From IMG/VR virus record IMGVR_UViG_3300025071_000009: 20,000 nt of DNA, one strand, 5' to 3'. Position numbers and translations under genes: made by a program. The notes beneath the pieces are model-generated. The model saw only the letters and a list, made by a program, of their open reading frames with translations. It did no database searches and was not told the DNA's origin. Shown one piece after another: positions 1 to 8,727 of this stretch. The stretch is from an uncultured virus (IMG/VR IMGVR_UViG_3300025071_000009) (taxonomy: Duplodnaviria; Heunggongvirae; Uroviricota; Caudoviricetes). The number at the start of each line of letters is the position of its first letter. Within the stretch, counting starts at the first letter, position 1.

Positions 1-1882
1 CGGACTCAACCATTTTAGGGTCTTGACCCGCGGCGTCCCATTGGCCGTTGTTATTATTGTTACTTGAAGATGCGACGAACGGAAAATCTTCAGGAGTAAA
101 AATTGGAAAATCAACGGCGACACCAGATTTGATTGTATTAAACAGGATTCCTGGTGCGAATAATGGCTCTAGAATAGGCATTATCGACATTCCACCCGTC
201 AGCGGATTAGATTCTTCACCCACCTGCACGGCTCTTATATAATCTTTGTAGCTAGAGGCAAATTGTTTGGCCATCTCTACTGTTCTTTCTGCTGGGAAGA
301 AGCCTTCGTAAGGTAAGAATTTCTTAATTGCTTTACACTTGAGCGTCAATATTTTCTCATCTGCGAAACCTTTATGGTCCTTTTTTATTAAATCAAAATG
401 CTTCAAAAAGTCAGAGTTCGATAATACTTTATAGAAATCAGATTTATTCTCCGTTGTAGTGTTCTCACTTAGTCCACCAGACAATTCAAAAATAGACTTG
501 AGCTCTTGGGTCACACCATTTTTTTCGAATGCTGCAACATGATTGCTTATTTTAAATTCTGGTATGATAGAGTATCCTTTTCCAGAGTTCTTTACTTCTT
601 GAGCAAAATCTAGATAAGAATCATAAAACGGAGCCTTACCAGATTGAGCGGGGGCATCCCAATTCGCAACACCTTCGAATAATGAAGACGTCATCATCAT
701 TGATGCAGAGCCATCTAGTGTCAGAGACGCTGCGGTTAAATGCCCATTGAATGCCGGTGCAGACTCATATGGGTTTGGCGTTCCAAGTGAAGGAAAGGAG
801 GGGTTAAAGTTGGAAAATGTCGACTTGAGAGTGTGGCGCCTTGAATAGCAAATAGATGAAGACAGTATTTGTGCGAAGTCTAGGTTTGAAAATGCAATAC
901 TGGAAGATATTGGTGTACGACCCGAGAATGAGTATTCGCCCCTGAATACATGAGAATAGGAATTTTGAAGTATACCCTCTCCGCCGGCACTATCTTGCTT
1001 GATGTGACCACCGATACGGTGGTAGACAATTGTTGACCCATCTCCAGTTGGAACTGTTCGTGTGGTAAAGTCCACTGCTGCATCTAATGGCCACATGGAT
1101 TGCGATGGTATTATCTCTCCAAACCCATTATCCACATTTAGTTGTGATCGGTCATCTCTCGCACTTCTCCAAAATGTGTTAACATAGAAGGTTCTAGATC
1201 TTGTCCTATTGAGGTATGCGAATTGCTGCTTTGGCCAAATCGTTTGGCGGTACGTCAAAAGAGAGAACGAGTCAAGCAATGACCCTTCGTCATCGAGGCC
1301 TCCGTCTAAATACATGTCCTTCAAGGTTTCATAATTCTCATCAGTTTGCAATATTGTATTAAAGTATTCATTGGCTTGTTGGTTTGCAAAAAATGCTGTC
1401 TCATTATTGAATGCTGTTTTGATTTCAACTGGTTTCTTTTCAAATATTCCCAACTCTTCATTGTAGATCGCAACTTCACCTATAAGTGAAATCGGTAAGT
1501 TACTCGAAATTGTCGGTTCCTTTAAACTGATGATGTTTCCATATTTTGCCTGCTTTGTACCCAACAAGGCACCCGGCTCTTGTACATATGTAAATGTGTT
1601 TTTCGCATTCAGGGCTCGAGTCAAGTGGTTCTGAGATGTTCTCATCTGTTTCCACATTGGATACCCATATGGTCCATTTCTGTGGAGGTTTAGTAACACT
1701 AGCGTCTTCGAGACGGGAGCCTTCGTAAGAGGCCCAACATTCCCAATGCCCACATTATCTGTATAGAAAAATGCACCTTCTGGATCATATCCAAGAGTAT
1801 TTCCCCCTATAGCGCCGGAATCGTTGAGGGTTGGCTCATAAATACAAATATTTATTCCAACGAAATCTTTAAAATTAGACAT
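1..1882 (-). CDS. Large hypothetical virion/baseplate-associated protein, 3'-truncated by the window edge (at least 627 aa; absent from the ORF track)
   Basis: Hand translation from ATG at 1882 finds no stop before position 1: MSNFKDFVGINICIYEPTLNDSGAIGGNTLGY...LNLHRNGPYGYPMWKQMR...SQSMWPLDA...WDAPAQSGKAPFYDSY...YSIIPEFKISNH...LKCKAIKKFLPYEGFFPAERT...PLFAPGILFNTIKSGVAVDFPIF...MVES. An SD-like AAGGAA (1888-1893) lies 5 nt upstream. Function is inferred from context only. Confidence 0.9.
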   Translation of the reverse strand, partial: MSNFKDFVGINICIYEPTLNDSGAIGGNTLGYDPEGAFFYTDNVGIGNVGPLTKAPVSKTLVLLNLHRNGPYGYPMWKQMRTSQNHLTRALNAKNTFTYVQEPGALLGTKQAKYGNIISLKEPTISSNLPISLIGEVAIYNEELGIFEKKPVEIKTAFNNETAFFANQQANEYFNTILQTDENYETLKDMYLDGGLDDEGSLLDSFSLLTYRQTIWPKQQFAYLNRTRSRTFYVNTFWRSARDDRSQLNVDNGFGEIIPSQSMWPLDAAVDFTTRTVPTGDGSTIVYHRIGGHIKQDSAGGEGILQNSYSHVFRGEYSFSGRTPISSSIAFSNLDFAQILSSSICYSRRHTLKSTFSNFNPSFPSLGTPNPYESAPAFNGHLTAASLTLDGSASMMMTSSLFEGVANWDAPAQSGKAPFYDSYLDFAQEVKNSGKGYSIIPEFKISNHVAAFEKNGVTQELKSIFELSGGLSENTTTENKSDFYKVLSNSDFLKHFDLIKKDHKGFADEKILTLKCKAIKKFLPYEGFFPAERTVEMAKQFASSYKDYIRAVQVGEESNPLTGGMSIMPILEPLFAPGILFNTIKSGVAVDFPIFTPEDFPFVASSSNNNNNGQWDAAGQDPKMVES

Positions 1883-1887
1883 TGCAG

Positions 1888-1893
1888 TTCCTT
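1888..1893 (-). promoter_or_regulatory. Shine-Dalgarno-like RBS (AAGGAA) for the ORF starting at 1882
   Basis: The minus strand reads ...AAAAAGGAACTGCAATG, giving 5-nt spacing to the ATG. Confidence 0.65.
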
Positions 1894-1898
1894 TTTAG

Positions 1899-1909
1899 AC
1901 TAAATAGTT
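1899..1909 (-). promoter_or_regulatory. Conserved upstream motif AACTATTTAGT, copy 1 (putative phage late promoter or operator)
   Basis: The identical 11-mer also occurs at 11965-11975. This copy lies 16 nt upstream of ATG 1882, in a 26-nt spacer, and overlaps the upstream stop codon by 1 nt. Confidence 0.6.
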
Positions 1910-4900
1910 TATGTATTAAACTTTGCCTTTAGAAGTGTTACTACGATGGTTTTAACATTTCCATCGCAATCTTCAACATAGAAGGTGATGACGATTGATC
2001 CAGGGTTGTCTTCGCTATTATCCTTAACTATATTGCTTGGTGGGTCTTGTTCCGAGGTTTGCCAACCGGTGTCTATAGTAACACCAGTGGATGGTACTGA
2101 TACAATTCGATATTTCAAAGTGTCGTCCTCGCAACAACCAAGGTCTGTGATTTGGACATCCATATTCACTATATCATTTTCGTAGATTTGTCCATTTCCT
2201 GTAGTTCCGCTATCGGAGGAGCTAACAGTCAATGTTGTATCAGTTGTGATAGTGTTAGTTGCCCCGTCGAGTAAATCATACACTATTTTGAAGGCTAGTT
2301 CATCAAAACAACAAGAGATGTCCGAAATGGACGGAAAGATAATTGCCTCAGTAAAGCCTACAGAGGAACTCATCATACCGTTCTTTGGTGCATAAGTTAA
2401 AACCTTTTGATCCGCTTCCCAGTTAGATCCACTGATTGCTGCATTGATCCAAGAATATTGGAAGTCAGAAGCAGGAATCGGAGTGTTGAAGTGCATGTTG
2501 TCATACCTCACCGGCGTTGCATCAAGCCCAAGTGAGAAAAAATTCACTGGGTTTGAGGGGATAGTTGGTTGAAATGCAAACTTGATAGCTCCATTTGGAA
2601 AGGTAATTTCGGTGTTTCCAGATGCTCCGACAGTGTTTTGGGTTATGAGAACATTATCACCATCTTCAGTCGCTGTGAAGCTAGGGGGATTCATTTTATT
2701 GATTTTGATTATAAGTTGATCTCGCATGGCTGCACGAGTATTGGTAATGGTCACTAGACCAAAATCAGTTTGAGTCCCAGCGGTGTATTGACTACTGTTT
2801 ATGGAAATATTTAAGCCGGCAGTAATCCTAAATGTCGTAGTCACTCCATTTGCATCTGTCAATGTAAACCTATGATTGTCACTAGAACCAATCCCTGTTG
2901 GTGAAGTAAGATCTGACTCCTTTACTGTAACAATAAGGATTGAAGCAGGGATTGCAAGTTTAGCAAAGTCAGTTCGGTTTTCAACTTTAGAACCGTTCCT
3001 ATGTTGCTTATGGAATGAAGCCTCTGCTACATAATCTTCTGATCTGATTACTCCATGTTTGGAATCAATACCAAATTGACCTTGATGTCTTGCTCTTAAG
3101 ATCCTCAAGCCTTCTCGACGGTTTGAGAATGAATTCACTCTGATTGTATCAACTTCACCAGAACTATCTCCAACCACAGTCAGATTGCGGAAATTTATTG
3201 AGTTGTATGCAGAGAATTGTTGTGTTGCAACGTCAAGATATGCAGGAGAGTTAACTTCGGGACCACCGGGTGCAGAGAATTGAGTTCTTATTACGTGGGC
3301 AGATCCTGTGGATCTATCTTGTGTTGGTTGGTCGTTGACTCCGAAAGATCCACCTTGGAATGTGTTAGTACCAGAGAAGGTGAAGGCAATAGCACCATCT
3401 AGAAAAGTAATTTCTGTATTTCCAGCGGTACCAACAATATTTTGAGTCACAAGAACATCATCACCAGCAGCTGTGGCTGTAAAGCTAGGTGGATCCATTG
3501 CATTAATTTTAGTTATAAGTTCATCTCGCATAGCTGCGCGAGTATTCGCAGCGATACCTAGTAGATCAAAATCAGTTTCCACACCTGGTGAATAGGCGAG
3601 GTGATTATCTGCAACATCTCCGCCATTTATAATCTTGAATGTTGTTGTTACACCATTTGCATCTGTAAGTGTCCATCTTCGGCTACTGCCGCCTGAGGTG
3701 AGAACGGATTCTTTCACTGTGGTGATCGTCATGGTTGCGAAAGTTCCGGAAGTGAACCTGTTACTTACCACGCCACCCGGTTCGTTTACAGCAATGTTAC
3801 CTTGTGCACTGGCTTTCTGAGCCATCATTGTTGCATAGTTTGTAGTCTCAGGCAATGTGTTCGCAATAGATGTTGGCAAAAGATTACCAGCTCTTTTTAA
3901 GAAATACCCTTGATCTCCAAATGTTGAGAACACTTCGTACTCATGTTGGTAGTTTCCGTGAGATACAGAAGATGTGGTTGTTTGAATATTCTTGATATTC
4001 AATGGGCGCTTTGCTCGTTCCTCTCGATAAAAGATTGAATATAATCGGTCGCTATCAGGCCATGTTCCAGTGGACGACAATCCATAGTCAGGTGCTGTGA
4101 ATCCTAATGCTCCATCTTGGTCTCCTTCGATATGCCCATGCGATCCGGAGTTGAGAATAGGATTTCTTCCAATCAAGAGTCGATACTCTTCTGGTCTTGA
4201 AAATTCAGAATCCAAATTGTTGGGCACGGCACTGGTGAATGTTCTAGGTTTACCGACACTATTCAAGGCAGTATGTCTAGACTGTCTACCCCCAACCCAA
4301 TTGCTAGTGAACGGGCCCTGTATTGGTATTTCATTTGTAACGTCTGTTGTATCAGAATGTAGATTCACTACATTTACGCCAACACGAAAACCTGAACCTG
4401 AGGTTGCGATATTAACTAAGGAATTATATCCACCACTCACACTACTAGAGACGATATTTCCAATAAACATATCTGATACTTTTCTTCTACTATAGTAATC
4501 TAAATCGGGACTTAGGGGAGAATAGCTTGAGCCCACAAAGTCAGTAAACTTACCAATAAGGCCAAATCCGTCATATTTAATTTTTTCATTAGGACCTCGA
4601 GTGTCGTTGTTCATGTTTTTCTCGAGGACATTTAGTCCATCGCCTAACCCAGCGCCAAATGTTATAACGTTCTTTGGTGCACCTGAGGGGCCGATTGGGG
4701 AATGGAGTTCAATTCCGGACTTAAACAAATCACGATCCTTAGACTCCTCATAATTAATTCCGCCATGGATAGAGGGACTGAAGTCTGTTTCGATAGAATA
4801 TGGTCTTGAGAATCTTCGGGTTGCATATGCACTCCCAGAGTAAATTCCAGTTGAGGTTGATCCAGAAAGCGTTATTGGATTTGTGAACTCTTGGTCTGTT

Positions 4901-7900
4901 TGTCGAATAATAACTTCGCGGATGATTTCAGCATCCGTTGTTGCTCTTTCTCTACGCTCACTTTGCCACAAAGAGTTTGAGTCTTGGTCTTCCGTTGGAA
5001 GAGGAGCGTGTCCGATTCTCCAATTGTAGTTCAACTCTTGCACTCCACGAGTGGATGCTTCGGTGGATGTAACAGTTGTTAATAAACCAATTTGCCGTTG
5101 ATATTTGTCTCTTTCGAGAAGATGTGGTTCGATGATATCGGTTACTCCACCAGCAAAGTTAACAGAAGCCGGAATGAGTTGATTTATCATTTCAGAAATG
5201 GACTGGTCTATCCACTTGAAGTATGTGAAGAACTTGTCAAAGTCTAATCCAGTGTCTACTCTCTGATAAAACAGTTGCCTTGCTCTGTTCATGTCTTTGT
5301 ATTCTATTCTATATCTATCAACATGACGCCCAAATAGATTAGAAAACTCTTGAGTTGTTGAGAACAACTTAAGCATCTCCTCCGAGACGGTTGCAGCGGG
5401 TGACTTTTCTAGAACAAATAAGTTGTCGCTCACATCTTCGTCTTCTCCGAAGAAGATTTGTCTATCGCCTTTGATGAAGATGTTATTAGAATTGAATGAG
5501 GTCTCCGGTAACTCCTTCTTGGTCGCATAGAGAAATTCATTTTCCAAAAATGCAGTTGAAGTTGTTGGGAAGTTATCTCCTTTACCATCGTACTCTCGGC
5601 GGATGATGTTGTCAACCCACCCATAGATTGTGTCGGAAGAGCCAGAAGTGGTATCTTCGATGACGAATTCTCCAGAAGAGTCGGAAGTCGTAACGGTATC
5701 AAAGTCCCAATTTAAAATGGATAAGTCCATTGTTGGGATTTGGGTGTCGGTAATTGCGAAGGCATTTGAGCCATCTATGGATTTAAAGTTACCATAGTTT
5801 AAGACATCTTTGTTGTGTTCTTGAATAGAGCTGTTCGGTAAGTAGTCAAGCCATGCGGAGACTCTACCGAACTCCAAATCAGTCTTGTGAAGCACTGAGC
5901 CTGTGAAGTTTTCATAATGTGATGCTGCATAGATCCTCTTTGGTGCTTGAAGATAGGCAGATCCCGTGGCATTATCTACAGTTGTTGTGACCAATACTTC
6001 TTCCTTAAGTTCGTCGAAGTTGTGAGATACTGCATATAGTTCAATGTCGTAATCTGGTGTTATGTTTGTGACGTTACCGGCATACGGATAGGTTTGAGGC
6101 TTAATTCTTAAAGCGACGTTGAAGTGTTCTTCGTCGTAAACATCGTAGATATAGTCTGACTCTTGATAGATTGTCTCGGTTTGATTCTTTATAACGAACT
6201 TCGCATGCTTTGATTCGCTTGAGTCTCGAACAAGATATACTTGGAGATCCCGAGCTTCTGCGAATGTGGATGTACCGCCGCTGAAGTTTGCAGACGACAT
6301 TGTTGTTACAGGTGCAGAAAATGTTATTACTGTGTTTCCTGTTTGGCCGCTGGTTGCTTGAGTGAGTGATAATACTTGATAAGTATACGATGCTGTTATT
6401 TTTCCGGTGTGAACACTGGAAAGATTTATTGTGTCCTTAAAATTTGGCCCCGTATCATACAGACCGCTACCAATGGCGACGGCTGTATTTCCATTCGGCA
6501 AGATGCTCCCATTTGATAATGTTTGAGAAAATTCATAAGTAACAGAAGTATTGTCTGTTGATATTATCGTGACTGTCTGTCCATCGTAGTTTGCAATTGA
6601 CCAACCTTCAGCGCCGGAAGTTGCAAGCATTGCAATTGTTGCTGTTGCTGCGGCTGTACCCGCCTCTGTTGCCCACCATGTATAGTCTGCTGGAAAGTTA
6701 GGGGAAGCCTCGTGAAAGCCCATAACGGATGCAGATAGGAATGGCGTTGCGAAGAATCCATTCTCTCCGATTTCTTTCTTGTTGGGCACTACTATATCAG
6801 CTTCCATCGTAAACGCAGCTACAGAGGCATTGTTGGAGCCGGAAATGAATGTTCTAGAGCCGCTTTGATACATTGTCCCAGAAAACAGGTCTACACTATT
6901 AAGGTTGATGTATTTCTTCTTTACAGATGTTGTTCTATATTTGTCTCCGAGATATTGTGTTCCATTGTCTGTATACTGGTTTAGTTTGATTAGTTCATCA
7001 TCAATACCGAAGCATCGGATGAGGTTTCTAATTGACTTTTCAGTTCCCTTTGAGTTGTAGATGTTCTCGAGGTTGTTGTAAATGTTTGTGAAGATGAGAT
7101 TCTTAATTTCATCAATATTGAGGTCGAATTGTCTAGCATCATAATCAACGTCTGAGAATGCCTCGAATACTTCCGATGAAAGAAACATTTCACTCGTTGT
7201 GAATCCTTTGCCTTTCAAGAGCTCCTCGGAGAATGGAGATGCTTTATAACTAGATGATAGATATTGCTTATCTTGCAAGCTGTTAAGTGAATCGATTTGG
7301 ACCTTTAAGGTGTCCATATAGCTTGACATAATGTGAGAGATTTTTCTTAAGTTCTGGTCGCCAATGGCTTGGTCGTCTTCAACGAGCCAATTTGGAAGGG
7401 AGCGATAGAATGCTTGACCTCTTCCAGAGTCATAGTCAGATCCACTAAGCGTCATCTCTGCCTCTAGAGAGACAACACTAGGGTGTGTTGAATAAACGAT
7501 TGGAGTAGGCTTCTCTGTGTAACCAGCTAGCGTAAGAGCTGAGTCTGTTGATCTTGCACTCGTAGTGCTTGAGTAGCCAATCCAAGTTCCGTTTGCCAAG
7601 CGGCCTGAATAATCTAAAACATTAGAGTCAATTGAGGTTGTTCCTGTAATTCCTTCATTGAACTTGAGATATACTCCCAAATCCGATGTGGCGTCGTCAG
7701 TGTTTGCTCCTCCACCAATGGTGCGGAACCAGTTGAGCTTGATTTGTCTCGAAGTTCTTCGAGTTTTCCAGAAGCGAAACTCATCAAGAGAGGCAGATAA
7801 TTTACCGCCGTTAGTTGCACCTTGTCCTGAAGAAAATTCTGTTTGTAGTGCGCCGATAAAACCGTCCACTCTCCCAGTAAATGAATTGAAAAAAGTTCCC

Positions 7901-8727
7901 AATTCAGTTGTTCCAATCTCTTCTCCGTTTTTATACGTACGAATAACAGTTTTGGTTGAAGTATTTTGAACTGAGAAAGCATAGTGATTAAACGATGTTA
8001 AATCTGTGAAAGGAATAGATACGTTAGAATCTAAGTTACCAGCCTCTTTGATGGTGAAAATAATGGTTGGATCTGGTGAAGTGTTCCCAGTTATCGAAAC
8101 AACTATCCTACACTCACTAGTCCCAGTCAATCCGTTCCAGAGGTCCAAAATCACTTCGACTGGTTGATTTACTGTGTCGAAAGATGTCTTTTTAAGCCAA
8201 AACTCTATCGTTGCTCCATTATCGAAGTCACAATTGAAATTTTGAGTTCTATTTTTTGCTGCGTCATACTTGGCGGAGTGCTCAAAGTGCTCATCTAAAT
8301 TAGTAGCAGTGGAATCAATGTGAAGTCCACCATGAACCTCAATGTATTCCGACACAGTGGTGTTAGCAAAATTACCAGTCTTTCCACTAATGTTTGCAGA
8401 AGTTCCGAGTACTACATGCCCAGTTGTTTTTGGATATTTGTTGTCGAAGAGCCAGCGCTCCAAGTATGATGACCGCTCTTCAAAGTCAATCTGTTCTGCT
8501 TTTGATCCGTCATAAGGGTAGTCTTCATAGATTCTCTTGATGGCTGCTTCATAGTAAAGCTCGGCAGAGCCATAGAATACAAAATTCTTAGGGTCAGCAA
8601 AATCGATTGGTGGTAAGTAAGTATCTCTTTTAGCGACAACTTCGTCGATAAAGTCAGTTGATTCTACATCTACTGCTACATCATTGTAGCTTGTTACGGT
8701 TTTTCCGAAAAGATTCTTAATACTCAT
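1909..8727 (-). CDS. Giant baseplate wedge protein (gp7/P2 gpI-like) with LamG/concanavalin A-like domains, inserted repeat modules and a C-terminal Ig-like domain, 2272 aa
   Basis: LamG-like signature GATIEFWLKK...NHYAFS...YKNG...FIGA...LDEFRFWKTRRTSRQI at ~7741-8217. Wedge-type motif IYNNLENIYNSKGTEKSIRNLIRCFGI at ~7001-7085. A second, more degenerate LamG-like region at ~5815-6820. The gene lies downstream of the gp6-like gene and overlaps the upstream CDS by 11 nt. Confidence 0.7.
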   Translation of the reverse strand: MSIKNLFGKTVTSYNDVAVDVESTDFIDEVVAKRDTYLPPIDFADPKNFVFYGSAELYYEAAIKRIYEDYPYDGSKAEQIDFEERSSYLERWLFDNKYPKTTGHVVLGTSANISGKTGNFANTTVSEYIEVHGGLHIDSTATNLDEHFEHSAKYDAAKNRTQNFNCDFDNGATIEFWLKKTSFDTVNQPVEVILDLWNGLTGTSECRIVVSITGNTSPDPTIIFTIKEAGNLDSNVSIPFTDLTSFNHYAFSVQNTSTKTVIRTYKNGEEIGTTELGTFFNSFTGRVDGFIGALQTEFSSGQGATNGGKLSASLDEFRFWKTRRTSRQIKLNWFRTIGGGANTDDATSDLGVYLKFNEGITGTTSIDSNVLDYSGRLANGTWIGYSSTTSARSTDSALTLAGYTEKPTPIVYSTHPSVVSLEAEMTLSGSDYDSGRGQAFYRSLPNWLVEDDQAIGDQNLRKISHIMSSYMDTLKVQIDSLNSLQDKQYLSSSYKASPFSEELLKGKGFTTSEMFLSSEVFEAFSDVDYDARQFDLNIDEIKNLIFTNIYNNLENIYNSKGTEKSIRNLIRCFGIDDELIKLNQYTDNGTQYLGDKYRTTSVKKKYINLNSVDLFSGTMYQSGSRTFISGSNNASVAAFTMEADIVVPNKKEIGENGFFATPFLSASVMGFHEASPNFPADYTWWATEAGTAAATATIAMLATSGAEGWSIANYDGQTVTIISTDNTSVTYEFSQTLSNGSILPNGNTAVAIGSGLYDTGPNFKDTINLSSVHTGKITASYTYQVLSLTQATSGQTGNTVITFSAPVTTMSSANFSGGTSTFAEARDLQVYLVRDSSESKHAKFVIKNQTETIYQESDYIYDVYDEEHFNVALRIKPQTYPYAGNVTNITPDYDIELYAVSHNFDELKEEVLVTTTVDNATGSAYLQAPKRIYAASHYENFTGSVLHKTDLEFGRVSAWLDYLPNSSIQEHNKDVLNYGNFKSIDGSNAFAITDTQIPTMDLSILNWDFDTVTTSDSSGEFVIEDTTSGSSDTIYGWVDNIIRREYDGKGDNFPTTSTAFLENEFLYATKKELPETSFNSNNIFIKGDRQIFFGEDEDVSDNLFVLEKSPAATVSEEMLKLFSTTQEFSNLFGRHVDRYRIEYKDMNRARQLFYQRVDTGLDFDKFFTYFKWIDQSISEMINQLIPASVNFAGGVTDIIEPHLLERDKYQRQIGLLTTVTSTEASTRGVQELNYNWRIGHAPLPTEDQDSNSLWQSERRERATTDAEIIREVIIRQTDQEFTNPITLSGSTSTGIYSGSAYATRRFSRPYSIETDFSPSIHGGINYEESKDRDLFKSGIELHSPIGPSGAPKNVITFGAGLGDGLNVLEKNMNNDTRGPNEKIKYDGFGLIGKFTDFVGSSYSPLSPDLDYYSRRKVSDMFIGNIVSSSVSGGYNSLVNIATSGSGFRVGVNVVNLHSDTTDVTNEIPIQGPFTSNWVGGRQSRHTALNSVGKPRTFTSAVPNNLDSEFSRPEEYRLLIGRNPILNSGSHGHIEGDQDGALGFTAPDYGLSSTGTWPDSDRLYSIFYREERAKRPLNIKNIQTTTSSVSHGNYQHEYEVFSTFGDQGYFLKRAGNLLPTSIANTLPETTNYATMMAQKASAQGNIAVNEPGGVVSNRFTSGTFATMTITTVKESVLTSGGSSRRWTLTDANGVTTTFKIINGGDVADNHLAYSPGVETDFDLLGIAANTRAAMRDELITKINAMDPPSFTATAAGDDVLVTQNIVGTAGNTEITFLDGAIAFTFSGTNTFQGGSFGVNDQPTQDRSTGSAHVIRTQFSAPGGPEVNSPAYLDVATQQFSAYNSINFRNLTVVGDSSGEVDTIRVNSFSNRREGLRILRARHQGQFGIDSKHGVIRSEDYVAEASFHKQHRNGSKVENRTDFAKLAIPASILIVTVKESDLTSPTGIGSSDNHRFTLTDANGVTTTFRITAGLNISINSSQYTAGTQTDFGLVTITNTRAAMRDQLIIKINKMNPPSFTATEDGDNVLITQNTVGASGNTEITFPNGAIKFAFQPTIPSNPVNFFSLGLDATPVRYDNMHFNTPIPASDFQYSWINAAISGSNWEADQKVLTYAPKNGMMSSSVGFTEAIIFPSISDISCCFDELAFKIVYDLLDGATNTITTDTTLTVSSSDSGTTGNGQIYENDIVNMDVQITDLGCCEDDTLKYRIVSVPSTGVTIDTGWQTSEQDPPSNIVKDNSEDNPGSIVITFYVEDCDGNVKTIVVTLLKAKFNT
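2527..2952 (-). repeat. Intragenic ~130-140 aa module, copy C
   Basis: TVKESDLTS...TLTDANGVTTTF...TDF...NTRAAMRD.LI.KIN.M.PPSFTAT..GD.VL.TQN.VG..GNTEITF..GAI; about 60% amino-acid identity to copy B by manual alignment. Confidence 0.9.
3346..3744 (-). repeat. Intragenic ~130 aa module, copy B
   Basis: TFATMTITTVKESVLTS...TLTDANGVTTTF...NTRAAMRDELITKINAMDPPSFTAT...TQNIVGTAGNTEITF...FQGG; clear paralog of copy C. Confidence 0.9.
6274..6654 (-). repeat. Intragenic ~127 aa module, diverged copy A
   Basis: AAATATIAM...TVTIISTDNTSVTYEF...KDTIN...KITAS...LSLTQATSGQTGNTVITF...NFSGG. It shares the AT.TI start, the (L/V)TQ...G..GNT.ITF core and the F.GG end with copy B. Confidence 0.65.

Noticed and set aside
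47..70. SSSNNNNN low-complexity tract in the truncated ORF
   Set aside because: It is a short tract of mixed AAC/AAT codons, most likely a flexible linker. It is not a pure microsatellite or a phase-variation tract.
2527..3744. Repeat pair B/C as a diversity-generating retroelement TR/VR pair
   Set aside because: Both copies are in-frame coding sequence. The differences are mainly synonymous third-position changes plus indels, not adenine-specific substitutions. No reverse transcriptase is present in the window.
2527..6654. Inserted modules as inteins or introns
   Set aside because: They have no C/S-start and HN-C/S/T-end splice motifs, no homing endonuclease motifs and no frame interruption.
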